From a candidate division WOR-3 bacterium (GTDB taxonomy: Bacteria; Hydrothermota; Tepidihabitantia; Tepidihabitantales; Tepidihabitantaceae), in contig JBDRUH010000011.1 in NCBI GenBank assembly GCA_039801225.1, forward strand, positions 1 through 41,261: DNA of 41,261 bases, written 5' to 3'. This document shows, piece by piece, positions 18,581-27,489 of the stretch. Position 1 is the first letter of the stretch. Each line of letters begins with the position of its first letter. The notes under the pieces are model-generated. The model had not been told where the DNA came from. It did not search any database and saw only the letters and a list, made by a program, of their open reading frames with translations. The translations under genes and the position numbers were made by a program.

Positions 18581-18710
18581 TACCTGCATAGTAAAGTCAA
18601 ATTTCCAAAGCCAAAGTGCCAAGGCCCGGGAAGGAGATAGGTGATTAAGGTATAGATTTTGAGTTTATTTGTGGTGTAGTGGGTTTTGCGGCGGGAGATT
18701 TTAAGAAAAA

Positions 18711-18751
18711 TTGAAAAGTTTATTGACAATGGGATAGAATTTGATTAAATT
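18711..18751 (+). promoter_or_regulatory. Overlapping sigma70-type promoters of the exbB operon
   Basis: TTGACA(18723)-N17-TAAATT and TTGAAA(18711)-N18-TAGAAT. Confidence 0.55.
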
Positions 18752-18809
18752 TAAGAAGTGCCGATGTATGTTTTAGCTATAAAAGTAAAAACAACCTTAA
18801 GGAGGATTA

Positions 18810-19433
18810 ATGATACAGGAATTTAAAGATGGCGGCGGCATAATGTGGTTTCTTTTAGCGTGTGCGGTAATTGGTATCGCCTTAGTTTTGGAAAGACTAT
18901 TTACCCTTTTTATCCGGACAAGGGTGAATGTCAAAAGGTTTAGCCAGCGACTGCTTCAGACATTGGACCAGTCGGGCATTCAGGCCGGGATTGAATTGTG
19001 CGATAAAACACCCAGCCCAGTGGCAAAGGTGCTGCGTGCTGCGCTACTTAAGGCGGATGCAGATCGAACGGTGATTGAGGATGCGATTGTCCGGGCGGGT
19101 GCAACTGAACTGGCGTTTTTAGACCGGGGAATGGCACTGATGGCTGGTTTAACCACAGTTGCACCATTCTTTGGTTTCCTTGGCACGGTTTCTGGTATGA
19201 TTGGCGCTTTTAAGGCGATTGCCGCAGTTGGCGAAGTTGACCCGACGGTTGTCTCCAGCGGTATTGCTGAGGCGCTGATTACCACCAAGTGGGGACTGAT
19301 TATTGCCGCACCACTGGCGATAGTCCACATACTTCTATCAGGAAAAATTAACGGCTATCTCCGGGATATGGAAACCGCCTCAAGTGAACTTTTGGATTAT
19401 CTTGTTAGTAGGCGCGGTGCGGTTAAGGAGTGA
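18810..19433 (+). CDS. exbB: MotA/TolQ/ExbB proton channel protein
   Basis: APFFGFLGTVSGMI and GIAEALITT..GL motifs; three TM segments. Confidence 0.92.
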   Translation: MIQEFKDGGGIMWFLLACAVIGIALVLERLFTLFIRTRVNVKRFSQRLLQTLDQSGIQAGIELCDKTPSPVAKVLRAALLKADADRTVIEDAIVRAGATELAFLDRGMALMAGLTTVAPFFGFLGTVSGMIGAFKAIAAVGEVDPTVVSSGIAEALITTKWGLIIAAPLAIVHILLSGKINGYLRDMETASSELLDYLVSRRGAVKE

Positions 19434-19435
19434 TA

Positions 19436-19867
19436 ATGGCTTTAAGTCTGCGACCCAGGGGTAGAGGCGCAGCCCAGCCAAATATTCCTACCGCCTCAAT
19501 GGGAGACATCGCCTTCCTCATCATCATTTTCTTTATGACCACGAGCATCTTCAGCCGGGAGAAGGGGTTAAAGATTGTTCTGCCCGAGAAAGGGGCGGAG
19601 ACGAAGATTAAATCTGAGAACATTCTGACGGTGGCGGTAAATCAGACGGGGCAGGTTTTAATTGGCGAACGGGTGGTGAACATTCCCGAAGTGAGCACGC
19701 TTGTTCGTGAAGAGATAGAGAAAAACCCTTCACTGGCGGTGGCGTTACGGGTGAGCAGAAAGGCACCTTATCAGGTGATGATAGAGGTGTTTGACCAGTT
19801 AAAGATTGCCAAGGCGGAGCGGATTAGCCTGATGCCAGTTCAAGAGGAGGAAGGAGGTGGACAGTGA
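19436..19867 (+). CDS. exbD: ExbD/TolR biopolymer transporter (copy 1)
   Basis: SMGDIAFLIIIFFM TM helix with the conserved Asp; SD AAGGAG. ORF start 19430 is also possible. Confidence 0.9.
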   Translation: MALSLRPRGRGAAQPNIPTASMGDIAFLIIIFFMTTSIFSREKGLKIVLPEKGAETKIKSENILTVAVNQTGQVLIGERVVNIPEVSTLVREEIEKNPSLAVALRVSRKAPYQVMIEVFDQLKIAKAERISLMPVQEEEGGGQ

Positions 19868-20283
19868 CCCGAATCGGGTTAAAAAAGGCTGCCACACCCA
19901 ATATTCCTACCGCCTCCACTGCCGACATTGCCTTTCTATTAATCATCTTTTTTATGGTTTCCACCCATTTCCGAACCGAAAAGGGATTAAAAATAAACCT
20001 GCCGCGTGCCGAGATGACCGAGCGGATTCTAAAACGCCGGAATGTGGCAGCAATATGGATTGATGCTACCGGCCGGATGACAGTGCAGGACAACTGGGTG
20101 AATCCTTCAACAATAACAGCACTTATGAGCGAGAAGGTGATTGAGAATCCCGAGATAGTGGTTCTATTGCAGGCGGATAAAGATGTGAAATACGGTTTTG
20201 TCACCGATGTTCTTGAGGCGCTAAAGGATGCCCGAGCATTAAAGGTAACATTTGCCACCAGTTATGGCAAAGGAGGTGGTTAA
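19864..20283 (+). CDS. exbD: ExbD/TolR biopolymer transporter (copy 2)
   Basis: STADIAFLLIIFFMV and LQADKDVKYG.V.DVL. Confidence 0.9.
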   Translation: MTRIGLKKAATPNIPTASTADIAFLLIIFFMVSTHFRTEKGLKINLPRAEMTERILKRRNVAAIWIDATGRMTVQDNWVNPSTITALMSEKVIENPEIVVLLQADKDVKYGFVTDVLEALKDARALKVTFATSYGKGGG

Positions 20284-20915
20284 TGAATGAGACTACCAGT
20301 AGGAGTATTTTTGCCTTAGAATGGGAGGAGCGCTATTATGCGGTGGCGATTCGTTTGGCACTTATTGCTGCGCTGGTGATTACAATTGGTGCTTTTCTTT
20401 TTTTACCTAAAGAGTTTGTAGTAAAGCCCTATCAGTTGCGGCGTTCGGTGGAGATGGTGATGGAGGCTTTACCGCCGGAACTGGAAAAAATTGCTGAACC
20501 ACCCAAGGCGGCAAAACCTTCGGTTCCGGTTGCCGCGACAAGTGAAGCGGAGGTGGAAGCGGCGACAGTTGAGGCGACGACATTTACCGAGGTGGTCAAA
20601 AAGCCGGTTGAGACCGACATTCCGGTTGTTCCTTTCTGGAAGGTGGAGGTGAAGCCGACGCCAGTAAATATTCCCAAACCGGTTTACCCGGACCTGGCGC
20701 GGAACGCTGGGATTGAAGGTCAGTGTGTGGTTGAAGGTTTGGTTGATGTTGACGGCTCAGTGATTGAAGTTAAGATAGTTAAGAGTTCGGGTAATCAGTC
20801 CTTAGATGCGGCAGCGGTTGAAGCCGCATATAAGGCAAAATTTACCCCGGCAAAGCAGCGGGATAAGGCGGTGCGGGTATGGGTTTCCATTCCTTACCGC
20901 TTCACACTGCAGTAA
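20283..20915 (+). CDS. tonB: Energy transducer TonB
   Basis: Single TM, Pro/Glu-rich linker, TonB_C domain (YPDLARNAGIEG..VDVDGSV..SSG..LD.AA..F.PA). Confidence 0.92.
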   Translation: MNETTSRSIFALEWEERYYAVAIRLALIAALVITIGAFLFLPKEFVVKPYQLRRSVEMVMEALPPELEKIAEPPKAAKPSVPVAATSEAEVEAATVEATTFTEVVKKPVETDIPVVPFWKVEVKPTPVNIPKPVYPDLARNAGIEGQCVVEGLVDVDGSVIEVKIVKSSGNQSLDAAAVEAAYKAKFTPAKQRDKAVRVWVSIPYRFTLQ

Positions 20916-20936
20916 AAATTATGAAACCAAAGGAGG

Positions 20937-22697
20937 ATGCAGATGCGTAGCAAATTATGTTTGATATTCTTGGTGCCAGTAATAGTTTTCGCTGGGTATC
21001 AATCAGAGGTAGTTACGGTTGAAGGTGCGGTACCTATTGATAGAATTGCCACAAAAAAGGTGGCGCCACCCAATAACAAACCCTTCACCGTTACTGTCGG
21101 CTGGGTGGATACGATTGGTGGAACCACCTATGATTGGCTGGCAAATGGTCCGAGTTATCGCTGGCTGGTGAATTCACCAGCTTATGGTCTCCATGCCGGC
21201 TGGATGGCTTCAAGTGAGCCTGGTTCGCCCTGGAGTGACCGGAATATGCGTTATAACTTCTACGACTATGGAACTGGCAGTTGGGTCTGGATTGACCCGG
21301 ACTTTATGGCTTCGGGCGTTGGGGTTTTTACCATCCGGAGTGGATATGGCAATGTTGATGCTGACCCGGTTACCGGTATAGCGGTCTTTTCTGCCCATCA
21401 GAACCCTAATCAGCAGTGGCGACCGGTTCTTGCCCGGGATATGGCGCCAGGCGCCGGAATTTTTGAGTATTGCGATGGCGCTCCCAATGCCCTTCATTAC
21501 CTCTGGCCGCCGATTTCAATAGATGCCAACCAGGTGATACACTGTGCGCTGATTGACAGTTTTACAAGGAATACGACATTTGATATTTACTACACCAAGG
21601 TTGCTACCTGGTGCAATTGGGAGACACCGATTCATATCCCACCGCCGCAACCCGACCCCAGCGCTCAGGACCAGAGTATTGCCGCTTCAAAAGTGAGCCA
21701 GAAGGTGTGCATTACCTGGGTTTATTCACCTCAGGGATACAATGATGACCCGGGATTCTACCGTATTTCCAATGACGGTGGTGCAACCTGGGATGCTCCG
21801 AGGGTCCTTGAGGACCCCCCGGCTTATGGTCAAGATACCGTTCCTTCATTCCATATCGCTTCACTTTTCCCCTTCTTTGACAGCCAGGACCGGTTGCACA
21901 TTGTCGCCCATGTTACACCCTTTGTTCGGGATACAAACTGGATTTTACCGGCAGAAATCTGGCACTGGTGTCAAAACAACAATCCGCAATGGAGCCGAAT
22001 TCATCGTGCGGATGCTGAGAGCCTTGCCGCGGGTGTTGGTTACAACGCCTCCCTTGCCTGCCGACCTTCTATCGGCGAGGATAACCAGGGTAACCTTTAT
22101 GTTGCCTGGGAGGAGTTTGACCCGCTGAATGCTGACCCGGTAACCAGTCTTCTACGGGCGAATATCTATGCGGCGAAATCAGCCGATGGCGGCAACACTT
22201 GGACCTCAGCGAAAAAACTCACCGATGCGGGTAACGCCTCCTGCCGGTTTCCATCCATAGCGGATAAAATGGTGGAAACCGGAGAGGCGATTTATGTGCC
22301 AATTATTTATGAGATTGACCAGCAGGCGGGTTTTGTTGTTCAGAGCCAAGGAACATCAACTAATAATCCAGTTGTTGTTCAATGGGTCCCGGCGGACTAT
22401 TTTGATGGTGTCGCCGAACAGTCTAAGCAAGGTGCTAATCGTATAGAACTCACTGCAGTGCCCAATCCGTTTACCAATCGCACCCTCATCTCTTATGCTT
22501 TACCTAAAGACGGTGCAGTCTCCATTAACCTTTATGATATTACTGGCAGACCGGTGGAAACTTTAGTTCAGGGACACAAATCCGCGGGTTATCATTCTGT
22601 TACTCTGAACAGCGGTCAACTGCCCGCCGGTGTTTACTTCTGCACCTTAAAGGCTGGTGGTTCTTCTTTAACAAAGAGGCTGACAATAGTTCGGTGA
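20937..22697 (+). CDS. Secreted Asp-box (BNR) repeat protein with a T9SS type-A-like C-terminal sorting domain, paralogue 1
   Basis: Signal peptide; SNDGGATW and SADGGNTW Asp-boxes; PNPF..ISY.LP..LYDITGR.V..GVYF..L..KRL domain. Start may be 20943. Confidence 0.8.
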   Translation: MQMRSKLCLIFLVPVIVFAGYQSEVVTVEGAVPIDRIATKKVAPPNNKPFTVTVGWVDTIGGTTYDWLANGPSYRWLVNSPAYGLHAGWMASSEPGSPWSDRNMRYNFYDYGTGSWVWIDPDFMASGVGVFTIRSGYGNVDADPVTGIAVFSAHQNPNQQWRPVLARDMAPGAGIFEYCDGAPNALHYLWPPISIDANQVIHCALIDSFTRNTTFDIYYTKVATWCNWETPIHIPPPQPDPSAQDQSIAASKVSQKVCITWVYSPQGYNDDPGFYRISNDGGATWDAPRVLEDPPAYGQDTVPSFHIASLFPFFDSQDRLHIVAHVTPFVRDTNWILPAEIWHWCQNNNPQWSRIHRADAESLAAGVGYNASLACRPSIGEDNQGNLYVAWEEFDPLNADPVTSLLRANIYAAKSADGGNTWTSAKKLTDAGNASCRFPSIADKMVETGEAIYVPIIYEIDQQAGFVVQSQGTSTNNPVVVQWVPADYFDGVAEQSKQGANRIELTAVPNPFTNRTLISYALPKDGAVSINLYDITGRPVETLVQGHKSAGYHSVTLNSGQLPAGVYFCTLKAGGSSLTKRLTIVR

Positions 22698-22729
22698 TTG
22701 CAAAGGAAGGTATGAATATAGTAGAGTTT

Positions 22730-22752
22730 GTAGGGCAAGGCTTTAGCCTTGC
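22730..22752 (+). repeat. GTAG-type REP element
   Basis: GTAGG GCAAGGC TTTA GCCTTGC, with related copies at 26733, 26791 and 33688. Confidence 0.75.
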
Positions 22753-22778
22753 AAACTTAGGACAAAAGGAGGATATTA

Positions 22779-24539
22779 ATGCGTAGTATATTATCGCTAA
22801 TGTTGCTGATACCGGCGCTGCTTTTCGCCGGTAATCAGCAATCAGATGTGGTGACGGTTGAAGGTAGGGTACCAATGGATAGAATTGCCGCAAACAGAGT
22901 GGCACCACCCAATAATAAACCCTTCACCGTTACAGTTGGCTGGGTGGATACGATTGGTGGAACTACCTATGACTGGTTTGCTAATGGTCCGAGTTATCGC
23001 TGGCTGGTGAACTCACCATCTTATGGTCTCCATGCCGGCTGGATGGCTTCAAGTGAGCCCGGAGGCGGATTTACTGACCGGAATATGCGTTACAACTTCT
23101 ACGACTATGGCAGTGGCAGTTGGTTCTGGATTGACCCGGACTTTATGGCTTCCGGTGTTGGTGTTTATACCATCCGAAGTGGATTTGGCAACCTTGATGC
23201 CGACCCGGTTACCGGTATAGCGGTCTTTTCCGCGCATCAGAACCCTAATAACCAGGGATGGCGACCGGTTCTTGCCCGGGATATGGCGCCAGGCAGTGGA
23301 ATTTTTGAGTACTGCGATGGCGCTCCCAATGCCCTGCCTTACCTCTGGCCGCCGATTGCCATTGACGCCAATCAGGTGGTCCATTGCGCCTTAATTGACA
23401 GTCTTACGAAAAATCAACTTTACTACAGCCAGGTGGCAACCTGGTGCAACTGGACAACTCCGGCATCTGTTCCTCCGCCTCAGCCTGATCCAAACTTCCC
23501 GGACCAGAATATCGCCGCTTCAAAGACAAGTCAGAAGGTTTGTATCACCTGGGTTTATAGTACTGAGTCAGGGTATATGGACTGTCCGGGCTTCTATCGC
23601 CTTTCTAACGATGGTGGTGCAAACTGGGATGCGCCGAGGGTTCTTGAAGACCCACCCGCTTATGGTCCAGACACATCACCTTCTTTTACCATCACTTCGC
23701 TCTTCCCGTTCTTTGACAGCCAGGACCGGTTGCACATTGTTGCCGGGATAACACCTTATGTTCGGGATACCAACTGGATTTTACCGGCAGAAATCTGGCA
23801 CTGGTGTCCGGATAATAATCCGCAGTGGAGCAAAATTCATCGTGCGGATGCTGAGAGTCTTGCCGCAGGTGTTGGTAGTAATGCCTCTCTTGCCTGCCGA
23901 CCATCTATTGGTGAGGATAACCAGGGCAACCTTTATGTTGCCTGGGAGCAGTTTGATCCCCTGAATGCTGATCCTATCACCAGCCTTCTCCGGGCGGACA
24001 TTTATGCGGCGAAATCATCCGATGGCGGCGCCACCTGGTATTCAGTGAAGAAACTGACTGAGGCGGGAACCGCCTCCTGCCGGTATCCATCCATAGCGGA
24101 CAAGATGGTGGAGTTGGGTGAGGCGATTTATGTGCCGGTTTTCTATATGATAGACCAGATGGCTGGAAGTATTGTTAATGACCCACCTCAGGGTACTGCC
24201 ACTAATAATCCAGTCGTTGTCCAGTGGGTGCCGAGCGACTATTTTGATGGTGTCGCAGAACAGTCTAAGCAGGGTGCTAATCGTATAGAACTTAATGCAG
24301 TGCCCAACCCGTTTACCAATCGCACCCTCATTTCTTATGCTTTACCTAAGGACGGTGCAGTCTCCATTAACCTTTATGATATTACTGGCAGGCCGGTGCA
24401 AACCATAGTGAAGGGATACAAATCCGCGGGTTACCATTCTGTTACTCTGAACAGCGGTCAATTACCAGCGGGTGTTTACTTCTGCACGCTGAAGACCAAT
24501 AACTCTTCCTTAACCAAGAGGCTGACAATAGTTCGTTAA
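22779..24539 (+). CDS. Secreted Asp-box repeat protein with a T9SS type-A-like C-terminal sorting domain, paralogue 2
   Basis: Collinear paralogue of 20937-22697, also 586 aa; SD AAGGAGG. Confidence 0.8.
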   Translation: MRSILSLMLLIPALLFAGNQQSDVVTVEGRVPMDRIAANRVAPPNNKPFTVTVGWVDTIGGTTYDWFANGPSYRWLVNSPSYGLHAGWMASSEPGGGFTDRNMRYNFYDYGSGSWFWIDPDFMASGVGVYTIRSGFGNLDADPVTGIAVFSAHQNPNNQGWRPVLARDMAPGSGIFEYCDGAPNALPYLWPPIAIDANQVVHCALIDSLTKNQLYYSQVATWCNWTTPASVPPPQPDPNFPDQNIAASKTSQKVCITWVYSTESGYMDCPGFYRLSNDGGANWDAPRVLEDPPAYGPDTSPSFTITSLFPFFDSQDRLHIVAGITPYVRDTNWILPAEIWHWCPDNNPQWSKIHRADAESLAAGVGSNASLACRPSIGEDNQGNLYVAWEQFDPLNADPITSLLRADIYAAKSSDGGATWYSVKKLTEAGTASCRYPSIADKMVELGEAIYVPVFYMIDQMAGSIVNDPPQGTATNNPVVVQWVPSDYFDGVAEQSKQGANRIELNAVPNPFTNRTLISYALPKDGAVSINLYDITGRPVQTIVKGYKSAGYHSVTLNSGQLPAGVYFCTLKTNNSSLTKRLTIVR

Positions 24540-24551
24540 AAGGAACGGAGG

Positions 24552-24585
24552 AAAAGAGCGGGGTCCGATTGGACCCCGCTCTTTT
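24552..24585. terminator. Bidirectional intrinsic terminator
   Basis: AAAAGAGCGGGGTCC-GATT-GGACCCCGCTCTTTT between convergent genes. Confidence 0.9.
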
Positions 24586-25105
24586 ATTCCAATAATAACA
24601 GGTTGATATAACGGGGGCGGTCTTCGTAGCAGGTTACCACTTCAAGTTTGATTCCGGCATTGCGGCAGGTGGCATAGACATCAATTCCACAGGACTCCAT
24701 TGAAGGGCGGGCAATATAGGGAAAGCGGCAAAGCCGGGTAGTGTCGCACACCGTACACAATCGGCAGGGACCGGCGCCCATAGCAAATGCTTTGTAAAAG
24801 CCGTCAAGGAAGACGGTCCGTTCCAGGTTGGCAAGCATCCGCTGCATTTTCCGGCGTTGTCGAACATCCTCCTTTCCTTCATAGGCGAAGATGAGGGCGT
24901 AGTGGTAGTCGGCAAGCATTTTTCTGGTCGTTTCTGGGGTGGGAGTACAAGGGGGACAGCACCATCTTTTGTTGTATCCGCCACAGCCGAACTGGCATTT
25001 CAGGCGCACCCATTCGGCGGTTATAACATATCGCACAGGAATGACTTTGGCTATTTCGGCGCCGCCTTTCAGCGCTAGAGTAACATACCTCTGGAACTTT
25101 TTCAT
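24584..25105 (-). CDS. DUF2284 predicted metal-binding protein
   Basis: CQFGC.GY..RWCCPP and GAGPC.LC..C..CRFP..ARPSMESCGIDV. Confidence 0.88.
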   Translation of the reverse strand: MKKFQRYVTLALKGGAEIAKVIPVRYVITAEWVRLKCQFGCGGYNKRWCCPPCTPTPETTRKMLADYHYALIFAYEGKEDVRQRRKMQRMLANLERTVFLDGFYKAFAMGAGPCRLCTVCDTTRLCRFPYIARPSMESCGIDVYATCRNAGIKLEVVTCYEDRPRYINLLLLE

Positions 25106-25147
25106 CCTTGCGCCTGAAACGCTAAGAGGGTAATCTTGAGCGTATAA

Positions 25148-26596
25148 TTACATATCAGGTCCGAAATCCTTAATAAAGGCTTCGGTAAGTTTTTTACCCC
25201 AGTCGCCCACTGGCGCCAATTTGCCCAGGAAGAAGCGCAAAACCGGTGGTTCAGAGACAAAGCGCAGACCACCAATCAGATTTCGGTGTTCATAGAGCCA
25301 TTTCAACCGGTTGACCACATATTCTATATGAGAGATGGTGTACACCCGCCGGGGAAGGGCGATTCGGGTGAGTTCCAGATCCGCATAGACCTCCTTGCCA
25401 TCCTTGTCCCTTTCCATTGAGACGGTGCCCCTTTCCATTGACCGGACACCTGAGGCGATATATAAGGCGGCAGTGAGAGCGCCCGCCTGATACTGTTCCT
25501 TAGGGATATGGGGAACAAACCTTTTGGCGTCAACATGGCAGGCGAGTCCACCCGCCGGAGTTACCACCGGAATACCGGTCTCCTCCAGCCGGGCAACAAA
25601 GTATTTTATCTGCTCAATGGCACTGCCGGCAACACCCGGGTCAACCATTTCCCTGACGCCAACAGCCATCGCACCAATCTCGCGCATTGACATTCCACCG
25701 TAAGTGTAAAATCCCTCGTAGAAAGGCACCCAGGGTTCAAGTTCGTGAACATACTTCTCATTGTTGGTGGCGATAAAACCGCCGCGGATGCAGGTGTTCT
25801 TTCTTCCGCTCATATAGAAAAGGTCCGGGATGGAGCACATCTCCTTGACGATTTCTGCCACAGTTTTATTTTGGTAACCCTTTTCCCTTTCTCTGATGAG
25901 ATAGGCGTTTTCGCAGATCAGACTGCCATCCAGAACGAGCATCAGCCCGAACTCATTGCAAATTTGCCGGACCTGACGGAGATTTTCCATTGAGAAGGGT
26001 TGTCCGCCTAATAAATTGGTGGTTGCCTCCATCCGCACAAAACCGACTTTGTCCTTGCCGTATTTCTCAATCGCCTTTCGTGTCTTTTCCAGGTCCAAAT
26101 TTCCTTTGAATGGATGGGTGCTCTTTGTGTTCAGCGCTTCGTCGGTAAAGAGTTCAAGAATCTCCGACTGTCCGGTTACCTGGATATGGGCTTTGGTGGT
26201 GGTAAAGTGATAGTTGGTGATTACCACACCGCCGGGTTTACACCAGAGTTTGGCGATTAGATGCTCTGCCGCTCTTCCCTGGTGCACCGGAACCAAATAT
26301 TTATATCCCAGAACATCCTCAACCGCCTCCTGGAGTTTGTAGAAGGTCATACTACCGGCATAGGAGTCGTCGGTGGTAATCCAGCCCGCCCACTGCTCTT
26401 GAGACATCGCATTCACGCCGCTGTCAGTGAGCATATCCAAGAATATGTCTTTATTCTTGAGTTGGAATGTGTTGTAGCCAGCCTCTTCAATTGCCGTGAG
26501 CCGGTGGCTCGCCGGGACCAATGAAATAGGCTGCACAACTCTGGTTTTGTGCATTTCTACCGGTATTTCTTTGCCGTCAGGCAGTTTGATTCTCAC
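25148..26596 (-). CDS. tnaA: Tryptophanase / tyrosine phenol-lyase family beta-eliminating lyase
   Basis: AGYNTF, DMLTDSG, HQGRAAE, GGQPFSM, MSGRK (PLP Lys), EGF.TYGG, RIALPRRVYT; SD AAGGAGG. Substrate specificity is not certain. Confidence 0.85.
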   Translation of the reverse strand: MRIKLPDGKEIPVEMHKTRVVQPISLVPASHRLTAIEEAGYNTFQLKNKDIFLDMLTDSGVNAMSQEQWAGWITTDDSYAGSMTFYKLQEAVEDVLGYKYLVPVHQGRAAEHLIAKLWCKPGGVVITNYHFTTTKAHIQVTGQSEILELFTDEALNTKSTHPFKGNLDLEKTRKAIEKYGKDKVGFVRMEATTNLLGGQPFSMENLRQVRQICNEFGLMLVLDGSLICENAYLIREREKGYQNKTVAEIVKEMCSIPDLFYMSGRKNTCIRGGFIATNNEKYVHELEPWVPFYEGFYTYGGMSMREIGAMAVGVREMVDPGVAGSAIEQIKYFVARLEETGIPVVTPAGGLACHVDAKRFVPHIPKEQYQAGALTAALYIASGVRSMERGTVSMERDKDGKEVYADLELTRIALPRRVYTISHIEYVVNRLKWLYEHRNLIGGLRFVSEPPVLRFFLGKLAPVGDWGKKLTEAFIKDFGPDM

Positions 26597-26643
26597 ATAG
26601 CCTCCTTTTATTCATTGTTTTATCAAACCAAACACAAAACTAT

Positions 26644-26677
26644 AATTCCCGCTTTCATTAATTATATTGCGGGAGTT
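26644..26677 (-). terminator. Hairpin in the lyase 5' leader (possible attenuator)
   Basis: Minus strand AACTCCCGC...GCGGGAATT followed by ATAGTTTTGTGTTT. Confidence 0.35.
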
Positions 26678-26732
26678 CATTGTTAATTTGCCAACTAAAA
26701 TTTGTGGCTTTGTCACCGGCGTGTTCTCATTT

Positions 26733-26813
26733 GTAGGGCAAACCTTCAGGTTTGCTCTCCTTGGACACGCAGATTCCCTACAATGAACTTGTAGGATAAG
26801 ACTTTAACCTTGC
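26733..26813. repeat. GTAG-type REP cluster
   Basis: GTAGG GCAAACC TTCA GGTTTGC (26733-26755), inverted foot CCCTACAA (26776-26783) and a degenerate copy at 26791-26813. Confidence 0.75.
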
Positions 26814-26825
26814 GAACTGCCTAAA

Positions 26826-26853
26826 ATTTTATTCACTATTCTCTTAATGTCAA
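26826..26853 (-). promoter_or_regulatory. Sigma70-type promoter of the lyase-DUF2284 operon
   Basis: TTGACA-N16-TAAAAT on the minus strand. Confidence 0.65.
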
Positions 26854-26858
26854 CAAGA

Positions 26859-26889
26859 TGTATAAGCCAAATCCCTGTGCGACATTTTG
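26859..26889. repeat. 31-bp dispersed motif, copy A
   Basis: TGTATAAGCCAAATCCCTGTGCGACATTTTG, 27/31 identical to 33647-33677. Confidence 0.75.
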
Positions 26890-26922
26890 GTTTTTCCAGC
26901 AAGTATTCCATTTATTCCCCCG

Positions 26923-26993
26923 TTGCTTCGCTTGTGATCGCAATGACACGAGGCGAGTGGCTCGGAATGCCCCATTCCGAGCGGAGCGAGGAA
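26923..26993. repeat. AATGAC/GCGAAGCAA-type palindromic repeat remnant
   Basis: TTGCTTCGCT..CGCAATGAC followed by a perfect 10-bp stem GCTCGGAATG-CCC-CATTCCGAGC. Confidence 0.6.
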
Positions 26994-27489
26994 ACAGGGG
27001 ACTAGGAGCGCGCAAGCAAGAGGTTGGTAAAGGCTAAGTGTATTTATATATACACAAAATTGTGATGGCTATAATTGAGTTAAGTGTCGCAATTAAAGAA
27101 CTTAATTTGAAGACGGTTTTGCTTGGGGGGCGGTCCACTCCAGCACTAGGGTGGTAAAACCCTTTCCGGACTCGTTTTTAGACTTGTTGGTAAGTTTAAA
27201 GTTAAAATCTGATTTAATTTCAAAGGGGAAATCAAATGGAAGGATGGCTGGAAGAACTGGTCTAAATAGGTTTTCGGGAATGGCTTTTGATTTAACGCTT
27301 AGTCCCAAACAAAAAAAAGGGCTAAAAGGCGAATTGAACTGAGATTTAGCAAGATAAGTAAAAAGAAAAGTTTTTTGTGTTTTAAAAACCCAATGAAGTT
27401 TTATTTTAATAACGAAAGAAGAATCAAAATTGGCATTTTCTTTACTTTTTTCTTTTGCCTTTTCCGCTTGATGCTTTTATAGGTAGTGC

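Noticed and set aside
18810..20915. Tol-Pal (tolQRA) assignment
   Set aside because: Two ExbD copies, a TonB_C-type domain and no tolB/pal favour Exb-TonB.
20937..24539. Diversity-generating retroelement (TR/VR pair)
   Set aside because: Both copies are full ORFs, the differences are not visibly adenine-specific, and no reverse transcriptase is present.
26612..26730. TnaC-type leader peptide
   Set aside because: The leader uORFs (MRTRR and the 22-aa ORF) contain no Trp and have no SD.
27102..27474. Short ORFs in the AT-rich region (27102-27308, 27151-27342)
   Set aside because: No recognisable motif, SD or convincing start; possibly decayed DNA.
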